DNA of 58,857 nucleotides from Deltaproteobacteria bacterium (GTDB lineage Bacteria > Desulfobacterota > Dissulfuribacteria > Dissulfuribacterales > UBA3076), in assembly GCA_027004715.1 (NCBI GenBank), contig JALTHG010000065.1, forward strand, positions 1 through 58,857, given 5' to 3'. The notes beneath the pieces are model-generated. The model had not been told where the DNA came from, did no database searches, and saw nothing but the letters and a program-made list of their open reading frames with translations. Positions 21,596-30,379 of this stretch are shown here, piece by piece (the first letter of the stretch is position 1; every line of letters starts with the position of its first letter). The position numbers and the translations under genes were made by a program.

Positions 21596-21750
21596 GTAAC
21601 TTCTCAATAAGTTGGGGCATCCATTTTGGTAACTGGTCACAGGGTACTTCTTTTTCCAACATGCTCTCGCCACCTCACCCTGCCCTCTCCCAGGGGAGAG
21701 GGTTTGGGTGAAGGGGAACACTGTGTTGCCAGAACTTATTGAGAAGTTAC
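21596..21750. mobile_element. 155-bp non-autonomous MITE-like (Correia/ERIC-like) element with perfect 18-bp terminal inverted repeats
   Basis: GTAACTTCTCAATAAGTT (21596-21613) is the exact reverse complement of AACTTATTGAGAAGTTAC (21733-21750). The flanks are CATCTTT and CATTTTT (6 of 7 identical, a possible target duplication). There is no ORF inside. The first 35 nt recur at 58807 with 2 mismatches. Confidence 0.65.
21673..21714. repeat. GC-rich imperfect palindrome (REP/REPIN-like unit), copy 1, nested in the TIR element
   Basis: cctcaccc-tg-ccctctcc-cagg-ggagaggg-ttt-gggtgaagg. Its reverse complement matches the palindrome at 54733-54791. Confidence 0.7.
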
Positions 21751-21908
21751 CATTTTTTTGGCATTAGTACTTTACAATTAGGTCCAATAGACCTAAACTT
21801 TCTTTAATTAGGAATTGCAATTTGTAACAGGATCGTCTATCTTGGCAGTCCTGATTGTGTCCAAGGCTAATCGATCAAAAATTGGTTTGTCATCTGTAAG
21901 GTAATCTA

Positions 21909-23312
21909 TTGGATATGACTATGGCCGTAAAGGTAAGGCTAGATGAAAAAGGTTGGCCATCTCATGGCTACCTGGATCGTTTGATTGAAGCAGCTCAGGA
22001 GGGGACCCTTACTTATCAGGTCCTGAACAAATTAATACCTAAAGACATAAAAGATGTCGAAAAAATAGAAGAAATTTTTGATATGCTGCGCCAAAATAAT
22101 ATTGAAGTCATAGATGGCCTAAAGCTAACAGGCATCAGCAAAAAAGATGCAATAAGAGAACTCGTGGGAGATCGGGTCTTGACTGACGAAAGATCAGACT
22201 CTGACTTTAGTAAGGACAAGACCAAACCCATGGCTGTAGTCCTGGATAGTGGTGGACAGACCGATTCAGAGGAGATTACTACTACCTACCTGCGTGAAAT
22301 GGGCAGGTATGAGCTTCTTAGTCCTGAGAGAGAGCAGGAACTCAGCCGTACCATTAGGAATGGGTTCAATGGAATTGTCAAGGCCATCATGGACTTTTCT
22401 TCAGATCTGCCTGCAATTGAAGACTTGAGAGAACAGATCCGTACCTGGAGACGTAGGGACCCAGGTCTCAAGCCCAAGAAGCAGCAACTGAATTATATGG
22501 TAAGGGCAGTTGCCAGCATTGTTGAGATCTATGGTGAAGATGATGGCCTTAAAGAGCTTGAGTCTGTTGTCAGAAAACACAGGATAGAGATAGAGATAGC
22601 AAAGAATGAAATGATCAATGCCAATCTCCGTCTGGTAGTGAGTATAGCAAAACGTTATATGCATCAAGGTCTATCTCTGTCTGATCTCATCCAGGAAGGT
22701 AATATTGGCCTTATGCGAGCGGTCTTTCGATTTGACTACACCAAGGGCAATAAATTTTCTACTTATGCCAGCTGGTGGATACGTCAGTCCATTACCAGGG
22801 CCATATTAGATAAGACACGCACTATAAGACTTCCTGTGCATTTTTTAGAGCTCCGTAGCCAGTTTTTTAAGGCCTTTTATAGCCTCCTCAAAGAGCTTGG
22901 CAGAGAACCTTCACCCAGTGAGATATCTGAGCACACTGGATTGCCCATGGAGAAGATCCTGTCTATCTTAGAGGCCTCCAGAGAGCCAGTATCTCTGGAG
23001 ACTCCTGTGGGAAATGAAGACAGTACCCTGGGGGATTTTATTGAGAATAAAGAGAGTGTCTCTCCTTATGAGACAGTGAGGGAGAGAGAGCTTACAGAAC
23101 GTATAAAGGGTATCTTGGCCACTCTTAGCCCTAGAGAAGAGAAGATCATACGCCTTCGCTTTGGAATAGGTGAGGACAGTGAGTACACCTTAGAGGAGAT
23201 AGGGAAACGCTTTAATGTATCTAGAGAGCGTATCCGTCAGATAGAGAAAAAGGCCTTGAATAGACTGAGACACTCGAGTCGCCGAGATCGTCTAAAATAC
23301 TTTCTTGGATAG
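21909..23312 (+). CDS. rpoD: RNA polymerase primary-type sigma-70 factor
   Basis: 467 aa with region 2 DLIQEGNIGLMRAVFRFDY..KFSTYASWWIRQSITRA and region 4.2 TLEEIGKRFNVSRERIRQIEKKAL. The start may be ATG 21915 rather than TTG 21909. Confidence 0.9.
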   Translation: MDMTMAVKVRLDEKGWPSHGYLDRLIEAAQEGTLTYQVLNKLIPKDIKDVEKIEEIFDMLRQNNIEVIDGLKLTGISKKDAIRELVGDRVLTDERSDSDFSKDKTKPMAVVLDSGGQTDSEEITTTYLREMGRYELLSPEREQELSRTIRNGFNGIVKAIMDFSSDLPAIEDLREQIRTWRRRDPGLKPKKQQLNYMVRAVASIVEIYGEDDGLKELESVVRKHRIEIEIAKNEMINANLRLVVSIAKRYMHQGLSLSDLIQEGNIGLMRAVFRFDYTKGNKFSTYASWWIRQSITRAILDKTRTIRLPVHFLELRSQFFKAFYSLLKELGREPSPSEISEHTGLPMEKILSILEASREPVSLETPVGNEDSTLGDFIENKESVSPYETVRERELTERIKGILATLSPREEKIIRLRFGIGEDSEYTLEEIGKRFNVSRERIRQIEKKALNRLRHSSRRDRLKYFLG

Positions 23313-23472
23313 TCTCTAAGGTGTTTTTAGGCTTAACCAGCCTTGAGGCCCTAAAAGGTCCATAGAGTCCTTTTGGGTCCAGATATCATACCTTACATCT
23401 CCCTGTGCATGGGCGCAGGGTCCTGTTGACGTGACAGGCCAGTATACACTGAGTCGCTTACAAAAATTTTTC

Positions 23473-23503
23473 TTGAGGGTATTGCATTCCTAAAAACTAT
23501 AAT
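23473..23503 (+). promoter_or_regulatory. Candidate sigma-70 promoter of groES-groEL (TTGAGG-N19-TATAAT)
   Basis: The -10 TATAAT at 23498-23503 lies 4 nt upstream of CIRCE. The only -35-like hexamer has a long 19-nt spacer. Confidence 0.35.
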
Positions 23504-23507
23504 TATA

Positions 23508-23534
23508 TTAGCACTCGTCATTGGTAGTTGCTAA
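23508..23534. promoter_or_regulatory. CIRCE operator (HrcA binding site)
   Basis: TTAGCACTC-gtcattggt-AGTTGCTAA compared with the consensus TTAGCACTC-N9-GAGTGCTAA. It lies 100 nt upstream of the groES ATG. Confidence 0.85.
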
Positions 23535-23633
23535 TAAAGGGATGGCCATCCTCAATCAGACTACATAATTGTCAGGTTTCAGCGGGCCTACAGGTTTTTG
23601 GCTCAAACATCAGTTAAAAGGAGAATAAGTACT

Positions 23634-23924
23634 ATGAAGATTCGTCCGTTGCATGATCGTATCTTAGTAAAACGTCTAGAAGAGGAAGAAAGGAGTAGAG
23701 GTGGTATCATTATCCCAGATACTGCAAAGGAAAAGCCAGTCCAGGGAGAGGTCATTGCAGTAGGAAATGGCAAGATACTCGAGAATGGTGAGATTAGACC
23801 CCTAGATATAAAAGAGGGAGATCGCATCCTCTTTGGAAAGTATGCTGGGACAGAAGTCAAGATAAGTGGGGAAGAATATTTAATAATGAGAGAAGACGAT
23901 GTTGTGGGTATTATTGAAGACTGA
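23634..23924 (+). CDS. groES: Co-chaperonin GroES
   Basis: [39 protein letters not shown] precedes the ATG at 23634. The ORF-track start at 23598 is a spurious TTG extension. Confidence 0.95.
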   Translation: MKIRPLHDRILVKRLEEEERSRGGIIIPDTAKEKPVQGEVIAVGNGKILENGEIRPLDIKEGDRILFGKYAGTEVKISGEEYLIMREDDVVGIIED

Positions 23925-23960
23925 GAGATCGTCCATTCTATAACGGAGGTTATATAAACC

Positions 23961-25598
23961 ATGTCAGCCAAAGAGATTAAATACAGTACAAAGACTAGAG
24001 AGGCCATATTAAGAGGCGTAAATTCCCTGGCCAATGCAGTAAGGGTCACTCTTGGTCCCAAGGGACGCAATGTCATCATTGAAAAGTCCTTTGGGAGTCC
24101 ATCTATTACAAAAGATGGTGTTACAGTGGCCAAAGAGATTGAGCTTAAGGACAAATTTGAGAATATGGGGGCCCAGATGGTAAAAGAGGTGGCCTCTAAG
24201 ACCAGTGATGTTGCAGGTGATGGCACTACTACTGCCACTGTGCTTGCACAGTCTATATATACAGAAGGCTCCAAGTTGGTAGCTGCTGGAATCAATCCCA
24301 TGGCCCTTAAGAGGGGAATTGATAAGTCAGTAAGCGCCATTGTGGATAGGCTCAGAGGACTGAGTAAAGACACAAAGGATCAAAAAGAGATAGCTCAGGT
24401 AGGCACTATATCTGCAAACAATGATACAACTATTGGCAATATCATTGCTGAGGCCATGGACAAGGTCGGTAAGGAGGGGGTCATTACTGTTGAAGAGGCC
24501 AAGTCTATGGAGACCTCTCTGAAGGTGGTGGAAGGGATGCAGTTTGACCGTGGCTATTCCTCTCCCTATTTTGTGACAGACCCAGACAAGATGGAGTGTG
24601 TGCTGGAAGACCCCTATATCCTGATCCACGAAAAAAAGATCAGCAACATGAAAGACCTCCTGCCAATACTTGAGCAGATTGCAAAGATGGGCAAACCCCT
24701 TATGGTTATTGCTGAGGCCGTTGAAGGCGAGGCCTTAGCTACCCTTGTAGTAAACAAGATCAGGGGCACACTCCAGGCCTGTGCAGTAAAGGCCCCAGGC
24801 TTTGGTGACAGACGTAAAGCCATGATGGAAGATATTGCCATCTTGACTGGAGGACAGATGGTTGCAGAAGACCTTGGTATCAAGCTAGAGAACCTGAGTC
24901 TCAGTGACCTCGGTACAGCAAAGAGGGTATTGGTCACCAAAGACAATACCACCATTATTGATGGCGCAGGCTCAAAGGAAAAGATTGAAGGTCGGGTGAG
25001 GCAGATCCGTACCCAGATTGAGGAGACCACTTCTGACTATGATAGAGAGAAGCTCCAGGAGCGTCTGGCCAAACTTATAGGCGGAGTGGCTGTCATCAAT
25101 GTAGGTGCTGCTACAGAGACCGAGATGAAAGAAAAGAAGGCCAGGGTAGAGGATGCCCTCAATGCCACCAGGGCTGCAGTAGAAGAAGGTATAGTTCCAG
25201 GTGGTGGTACTGCATATCTCCGTTGTCTGAATGCATTGGATGACATAAAGGTAGAAAACGAAGAGGAAAAATATGGAGTCAATATTATCCGCAGGGCCAT
25301 TGAAGAGCCCCTTCGCCAGATTGCCTGCAATGCCGGACATGAGGGATCTATTGTGGTAGAACGGGTAAAATCTGAGAAGGGAAATATCGGATTTAATGCA
25401 GAGACAGGTGTATATGAAGACCTTATAGAGTCTGGAATTATTGATCCCACAAAGGTCACTCGGACGGCGCTTCAGAATGCAGCAAGCGTTGCCAGTCTCC
25501 TCCTGACTACTGAGGCAATGGTCGCCGAAATCCCGAAAAAGGAAGAGCCTGTAGGTGCGCCTCCTGGTACCGGGATGCCTAGTGGTGCCATGATGTAG
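23961..25598 (+). CDS. groEL: Chaperonin GroEL
   Basis: 545 aa with [12 protein letters not shown] and a C-terminal G/M-rich tail. It is collinear with GroEL throughout. Confidence 0.97.
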   Translation: MSAKEIKYSTKTREAILRGVNSLANAVRVTLGPKGRNVIIEKSFGSPSITKDGVTVAKEIELKDKFENMGAQMVKEVASKTSDVAGDGTTTATVLAQSIYTEGSKLVAAGINPMALKRGIDKSVSAIVDRLRGLSKDTKDQKEIAQVGTISANNDTTIGNIIAEAMDKVGKEGVITVEEAKSMETSLKVVEGMQFDRGYSSPYFVTDPDKMECVLEDPYILIHEKKISNMKDLLPILEQIAKMGKPLMVIAEAVEGEALATLVVNKIRGTLQACAVKAPGFGDRRKAMMEDIAILTGGQMVAEDLGIKLENLSLSDLGTAKRVLVTKDNTTIIDGAGSKEKIEGRVRQIRTQIEETTSDYDREKLQERLAKLIGGVAVINVGAATETEMKEKKARVEDALNATRAAVEEGIVPGGGTAYLRCLNALDDIKVENEEEKYGVNIIRRAIEEPLRQIACNAGHEGSIVVERVKSEKGNIGFNAETGVYEDLIESGIIDPTKVTRTALQNAASVASLLLTTEAMVAEIPKKEEPVGAPPGTGMPSGAMM

Positions 25599-25618
25599 TA
25601 GATGCCTAAGATAGACCT

Positions 25619-25650
25619 AAAAAGGCCCCTTTTGATAAAGGGGCCTTTTT
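25619..25650. terminator. Bidirectional intrinsic terminator between convergent groEL and thpR
   Basis: The 9-bp stem aggcccctt/aaggggcct has a 6-nt loop, an A-run on the left and a T-run on the right. Confidence 0.8.
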
Positions 25651-25684
25651 AATTTGTTAAAAAGGGATGCAAAACAGGCCTGAT

Positions 25685-26248
25685 TCACTTCACTATAAGG
25701 GGACATCTGGCCATGGCCTTGTATATAGGGCCCCTGGGAAAGAGCAGGCTTTTATAGACTACCAGCTCGCTGACCAAAAAGGGAGGAGAATTTATCTCGT
25801 CATGTATAAATATGTCTATGGGCCTGAGAGACCCGTGGAGAGAACGGAGCCTGCCTACAGTCAGGTGAGGCGAAAAGGCACGCTCATCTCGTGGGAATCC
25901 CCTTTCCTCTAAGGCCAATTCCAATTCCCTCTGGAGCCTATAGAGATGCCCTGTCTCACCACCTACTCCAATCCACAAGACCCTGGGTCTTTTAGGACCA
26001 GGAAAGGTGCCTGTACCCATTAGGGCCAGGGAAAAGGCGCTATTTCTGCTACATATATCTCTACAGGCAGCTATCACGTCTTTAGTACGTATCTCCTCTA
26101 TCTCACCCAAAAATTTGAGGGTCAGGTGTATATTTGTCGGAGAGACCCATCTTATATCTGCCTTGAGGGACTTCCACTGGGCCTGATGCCTTCTGATGAT
26201 CTCATTTTGTGTGTCTGGCAGGTCTATAGCCAGGAACGTACGTACCAT
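25685..26248 (-). CDS. thpR: RNA 2',3'-cyclic phosphodiesterase (2H phosphoesterase, LigT/ThpR)
   Basis: 187 aa with N-terminus MVRTFLAIDLP and two HxTx motifs (HLTLKF, HLTVGR). Confidence 0.8.
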   Translation of the reverse strand: MVRTFLAIDLPDTQNEIIRRHQAQWKSLKADIRWVSPTNIHLTLKFLGEIEEIRTKDVIAACRDICSRNSAFSLALMGTGTFPGPKRPRVLWIGVGGETGHLYRLQRELELALEERGFPRDERAFSPHLTVGRLRSLHGSLRPIDIFIHDEINSPPFLVSELVVYKSLLFPRGPIYKAMARCPLIVK

Positions 26249-27476
26249 AATCCAGATATCGTCTCAACCAATCGAGTGCGGTCTCTGCTGCCAGGGCCTG
26301 TACCATATGCCTCGTCCCAGGGAAATGGAACCGTTCAACAGCCGTCCTTTCAGGTGTTGCCATGGCAATGTAGACAGTGCCTACAGGCCTTTGAGCTGTA
26401 CCACCACTTGGGCCTGCTATTCCGGTAATAGCAAGGCCATAATTGGTGCCTGCCAGGCGCTTTATGCCTTCAGCCATTTCCTTAGCGGTCTGATAACTCA
26501 CTGCACCATGATGGGACAGGGTCTCATGAGAAATACCCAGGACCTCTTCTTTGGATCTATTGCTGTAAGTAATTACTCCCCTGTCAAACCAATCAGAACT
26601 CCCTGGAATACTCGTCAGACGTTGGCCCAAGAGCCCGCCAGTACAGGACTCGGCAGTAGCAAGGACACCGCCGTTTTTGAGCAAGAGCCTGCCTACCCTT
26701 TCCTCAAGGCTGTCTTCATTTACAGCAACTATATATCTGCCTAACAATTCCTCAATCCTCTTTGATGCCATATCAAAGACCTGGGCGACCTTTTTTGGGT
26801 CTCTTCCCTTTACAGTAACAGTCACATTCACTTCTGGAGAATTGGGGTAATAGCCTATACTCAGTCCATCCTGGCTAGACTCCAGGTCTTTAAACAGGAG
26901 GTTTATCTCTGTCTCTGACAGGCCAAATACCTTAAAGGTCTGCTGTCTTACTTCCAGGCCCTGGGCAAGGAGGACCTTGAGCCTGGGGAGGACCTGCTGG
27001 ACCATCTGGTTTTCTAACTGTTCAGGTACTCCGGGCAGGAAAAAGAAAGGGATATCCTGGTGGATCAGGAGATATCCTGCACTATGGCCCTCAGGATTCA
27101 AGACCTCTGCACCATCAGGCAGCCAGGCCAGCTTTTCCCATAGAGGAAGGGGTCTGCCGAGGTGTTGCTCTGCCTCCTTGATCTTTCCCCAGATCGCTTT
27201 ATTTAAGACCAGATGGCGTCCCAAGGCCTTGGCTACTGCCTCATTTGTTATATCGTCACTGGTTGGACCGAGCCCACCAGTAATAATGACGTATTCTGAA
27301 CTCTCTATGGCCGATAAGATAGTCCTCCGGATGGCATCGAGATCATCGCCAATAAAGGTAATTTTGTCTATCAGATAGCCACTGCAAAAGAGCCTGTTGG
27401 CCACGAATCCGCAGGTAGTATTCAAGACCTTACCAGATATCAGCTCGTCGCCTATTGCTATAATTTCACCATGCAT
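26202..27476 (-). CDS. cinA: CinA family protein (N-terminal MoCF-biosynthesis-like domain plus C-terminal nicotinamide-nucleotide amidase PncC domain)
   Basis: 424 aa with IIAIGDELISGK, ITGGLGPTSDD, ATAESCTGGL and GIAGPSGG. Confidence 0.85.
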   Translation of the reverse strand: MHGEIIAIGDELISGKVLNTTCGFVANRLFCSGYLIDKITFIGDDLDAIRRTILSAIESSEYVIITGGLGPTSDDITNEAVAKALGRHLVLNKAIWGKIKEAEQHLGRPLPLWEKLAWLPDGAEVLNPEGHSAGYLLIHQDIPFFFLPGVPEQLENQMVQQVLPRLKVLLAQGLEVRQQTFKVFGLSETEINLLFKDLESSQDGLSIGYYPNSPEVNVTVTVKGRDPKKVAQVFDMASKRIEELLGRYIVAVNEDSLEERVGRLLLKNGGVLATAESCTGGLLGQRLTSIPGSSDWFDRGVITYSNRSKEEVLGISHETLSHHGAVSYQTAKEMAEGIKRLAGTNYGLAITGIAGPSGGTAQRPVGTVYIAMATPERTAVERFHFPGTRHMVQALAAETALDWLRRYLDYGTYVPGYRPARHTK

Positions 27477-27954
27477 GTATCATAAGATACCCTGTCTGTA
27501 GTACTATATTTGAGACAATGCCTGCTGCAACATCGTCCATTACAATGCCCCACCCTCCTGGAAGTCTCCTCTCTATATATTTTATAGGGAAGGGCTTCCA
27601 GATGTCAAAGAGACGAAAGAGCAGAAAGGCAGATATAACTGAACTGAGAGTGAAAGAAAGACCTGACAGTGCCAGGGTCACGCCAGCCACTTCATCTATT
27701 ACTACCTGGGGAGGGTCTCTATAGCCCAGCAGAGACTCTGCCCTTCCAGAGATCAAGACAGAGATCAGGACAAAGACAGCTGTAAGGCCTGATTCTATAG
27801 CAGTTGGAAACTGTCTGAGGGACCACTGGAGGGGTATACCCAGGAGGCTCCCAAATGTACCAGGGACTATAGGGATTAACCCCAGTGACAGACCACTTGC
27901 AAGAAATAGAACGACCTTATCCCCAAATCTTAAGTTGTTATAGTCTATTTTCAA
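27466..27954 (-). CDS. pgpA: Phosphatidylglycerophosphatase A
   Basis: 162 aa with PGTFGSLLG, VIDEVAG, FRLFDIWKPFPI and GWGIVMDDVAAG. Confidence 0.8.
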   Translation of the reverse strand: MKIDYNNLRFGDKVVLFLASGLSLGLIPIVPGTFGSLLGIPLQWSLRQFPTAIESGLTAVFVLISVLISGRAESLLGYRDPPQVVIDEVAGVTLALSGLSFTLSSVISAFLLFRLFDIWKPFPIKYIERRLPGGWGIVMDDVAAGIVSNIVLQTGYLMIHAW

Positions 27955-28000
27955 AAAATTACCTGGTGTCCACAGGTTCCTGAAGGGCTAATGCCTGCAT

Positions 28001-28858
28001 TTATGCCGTGTCCTTGAGGCTGTGCAGCTCTACCCAGCGATAAATCCTCTCACGATAGTACCAGCTAGGCACCAACACCAACATGCACACGATCAAGATG
28101 CTAAAAAACCCTATTATATTTCCATTATAGATATTTGCCCCTTGAAGTGTCAATACCAGGGTCCCAGGTATGCGGCCCAATACAACTATGGCCAGGAAGG
28201 CCTGCCAGGGCATGCGGCTCAATCCCAAGAAATAGCAGAGGAAGTCCTTTGGGAATCCAGGGAACAGAAAGAGTATAAAAAAGATAAAGAGGCCCTGATG
28301 CTCGGCAAGGTGTTCAAAACGGGTATAACTGGGAGAGCGTAGAAGCCAGGACCTCACCAGATGTCTGAATTGACGAGATATAAAAAAGGCCACCACTGAT
28401 CCCAGGGTAAGACCAACTATAGAATAAAAGAAACCCAGACACTCTCCAAAGAGAAAACCACCGACAAGACCTGTTGCCTCACCAGGGACAGGCGATACTA
28501 TGACCTGGAGGGCCTGGAGTGCGATAAAGGCAAAGGGCCCCAGGAAGCCCAGAGAGAGGACATAGCTCCGTAGTACCTCTCGTCTATCAAATATCTGTAG
28601 CAGTCTCTGACAGAGAGACCAGAGTTCATATCTCCAGGCCCAAAGAGACCAAGAGACCAGGAATAGCCCCAGGACAAAGAGGGCCCAGAACTTTTTGTTG
28701 AGGTACCAGGACCTGTCCCTATTCACATCTAGTTTTGGACTTCTGTAAGATGGTATCCCTACGCCAGTTCCAGTCGTCTTTATAGGGATAGTCGAGGGTA
28801 AAGTGTCCCCCTCTGCTCTCCTTGCGCTGGCTGGCAGCCATGACAATGAGTTCTGCAA
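28001..28858 (-). CDS. TVP38/TMEM64 (DedA-related, SNARE-associated) family membrane protein; true start probably GTG near 28726
   Basis: Multi-TM ORF with the VSPVPGEATGLVGGFLFG motif. The first 44 codons of the track ORF overlap the nadB 3' end. An in-frame GTG (VNRDRSWYLNKKFW...) at 28726 would cut the overlap to 8 nt. Confidence 0.7.
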   Translation of the reverse strand: MQNSLSWLPASARRAEGDTLPSTIPIKTTGTGVGIPSYRSPKLDVNRDRSWYLNKKFWALFVLGLFLVSWSLWAWRYELWSLCQRLLQIFDRREVLRSYVLSLGFLGPFAFIALQALQVIVSPVPGEATGLVGGFLFGECLGFFYSIVGLTLGSVVAFFISRQFRHLVRSWLLRSPSYTRFEHLAEHQGLFIFFILFLFPGFPKDFLCYFLGLSRMPWQAFLAIVVLGRIPGTLVLTLQGANIYNGNIIGFFSILIVCMLVLVPSWYYRERIYRWVELHSLKDTA

Positions 28859-30350
28859 CCTGTGCCAGATTCCTCAGCTCTATGAAATCCCTGGTAAGTT
28901 TATAGTCCCAGTAGTGCCGCTGGATCTCATTCAGGATTGGCAAGAGACGCTCTCTGGCCAGTCCCAGTCTCTTTGTGCTGCGGACAATGCCGACATAATT
29001 CCACATCAGGCGTCTGATGACATCCCAGTTATGGGAGATAAGAATGGCCTCTTTCATATCCACAGCTCCACCAATGTCCCATGGAGGGACATGGATAGAA
29101 CCTCTTGACCTCAGTTCAGGAAAGGTCTCCCTGGCCCTCAGAGAGACCTGGTGGGCCATAACAAGCCCCTCTAGCAGGGAATTTGATGCCAGACGATTGG
29201 CCCCGTGCAGACCAGTACATGCAGTCTCTCCCACTGCAAAGAGCCCTTCAAGGTCTGTCTCTCCATATCTATTTGTGACTACCCCTCCACACATATAGTG
29301 GGCAGCAGGCACGACAGGTATAGGTTCGCTTGTGATATCGATCCCATATTGCAGACAGGTTCTATAGATATTTGGGAAACGTCTCTGGATAAAATCTGCT
29401 GGGCGATGACTTATGTCCAGGTATACACATTCCTTTCCACTGTTTTTTAACTCTGTATCTATGGCCCTTGCAACTATATCCCTCCCAGCGAGTTCCTTTC
29501 GTTCTGGATCGTACTTTTCCATAAAGGGCCGAAATTCAGAGTCCAAAAGCCTTGCCCCTTCTCCCCGAAGGGCCTCTGATATGAGGAAATTTTTGGCCTC
29601 TAGATGATACAGACATGTGGGATGGAATTGGACAAATTCCAGGTTTGCGACCCTGGCTCCAGCACGGTAGGCCATGGCTATGCCTGCACCTGTAGCCACA
29701 TCGGGATTGCTGGTGTATAGGTAGACCTTACCAGCTCCACCTGTAGCAAGGACTGTTATTGGGGCCAAAAACGTATGAATGACACCGGTACCTACATCGA
29801 GTATATAGGCCCCAAGGCAGCGGTCTCTAGCCGTGATGTCAGGTAGATGGCCCTTGATCTTGCTCTCTGTGATGAGGTCTACTGCTATATGGTCTTCAAG
29901 GACCTCTACAGAGGACAACTGGCTCACCTTGTCTCCCAGGACCTTTTGTATTGCCTGACCGGTAAAGTCCTCGGCATGTACTATGCGGCGTCTGGAGTGT
30001 TCTCCTTCCTTTCCCAGATCTAGTCGCTCAGGATCCTCTGGGTCCCTGTTGAAGGGCACACCCAGGTCTATCAGTTCCCTTATACGATCTGGTCCCTGTC
30101 TGACGATCATGTCTACTATGTCTTCATGAGACAGGCCATCCCCTGCGAACAGGGTATCCTGCCGGTGCAGGTCAAAACTGTCATCAGGGCCAAAGACACA
30201 GGCAACCCCTCCCTGGGCCAGATTGGTCGCTGTATCAGACCTGGACTTTTTGGTTACTACTGTCACATGCCCAAGTGGGGCGAGCTTTACTGCAAGGCTC
30301 AGCCCTGCAATCCCACTTCCTATGATCAGAAAATCGGTCTTGTCTTCCAT
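28719..30350 (-). CDS. nadB: L-aspartate oxidase
   Basis: 543 aa with FAD motif IIGSGIAGLSLA, HYMCGGV and succinate dehydrogenase/fumarate reductase flavoprotein-like collinearity. Confidence 0.9.
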   Translation of the reverse strand: MEDKTDFLIIGSGIAGLSLAVKLAPLGHVTVVTKKSRSDTATNLAQGGVACVFGPDDSFDLHRQDTLFAGDGLSHEDIVDMIVRQGPDRIRELIDLGVPFNRDPEDPERLDLGKEGEHSRRRIVHAEDFTGQAIQKVLGDKVSQLSSVEVLEDHIAVDLITESKIKGHLPDITARDRCLGAYILDVGTGVIHTFLAPITVLATGGAGKVYLYTSNPDVATGAGIAMAYRAGARVANLEFVQFHPTCLYHLEAKNFLISEALRGEGARLLDSEFRPFMEKYDPERKELAGRDIVARAIDTELKNSGKECVYLDISHRPADFIQRRFPNIYRTCLQYGIDITSEPIPVVPAAHYMCGGVVTNRYGETDLEGLFAVGETACTGLHGANRLASNSLLEGLVMAHQVSLRARETFPELRSRGSIHVPPWDIGGAVDMKEAILISHNWDVIRRLMWNYVGIVRSTKRLGLARERLLPILNEIQRHYWDYKLTRDFIELRNLAQVAELIVMAASQRKESRGGHFTLDYPYKDDWNWRRDTILQKSKTRCE

Positions 30351-30379
30351 ATGGATATGTCTATCTCTGTCATTATGAA

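Noticed and set aside
21661-21711. 16-aa ORF MLSPPHPALSQGRGFG inside the GC-rich palindrome.
   Set aside because: It is a translation artefact of the palindromic repeat. The second copy (54.7 kb) is in the opposite orientation and lies between convergent genes. There is no RBS.
21843-21858. Sigma-54-like motif TGGCAG-N5-ATTGT upstream of rpoD.
   Set aside because: The TTG is shifted by one position relative to the strict GG-N10-GC spacing, and the -12 GC is missing.
23598-23633. ORF-track N-terminal extensions: groES 23598, dksA 40335, galT 42937, miaB 51583, BFN 52958, and the sigma-54 regulator 57271.
   Set aside because: These are upstream TTG or GTG 'starts' that add non-conserved residues or overlap the preceding gene. 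In the groES, dksA and BFN cases an internal ATG with a Shine-Dalgarno sequence coincides with the conserved protein N-terminus, and I used those coordinates. For galT, miaB and the regulator the RBS is weak or unclear. There I adopted the internal ATG for galT and miaB on N-terminal conservation alone, and kept the track start for the regulator, noting ATG 57349 as the likely start.
23603-24373. 256-aa ORF antisense to groES-groEL. Similar long antisense ORFs occur at 16728-17623 opposite prs, 7002-7514, 26196-26744, 34795-35313, 37527-38000 and 53453-53977.
   Set aside because: All lie exactly opposite strongly recognisable genes, and their low-complexity Ser/Leu/Pro-rich translations have no motifs. 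The pattern is window-wide, consistent with codon usage that avoids TTA, CTA and TCA and so keeps the antisense frame open. There is no independent RBS or promoter evidence.
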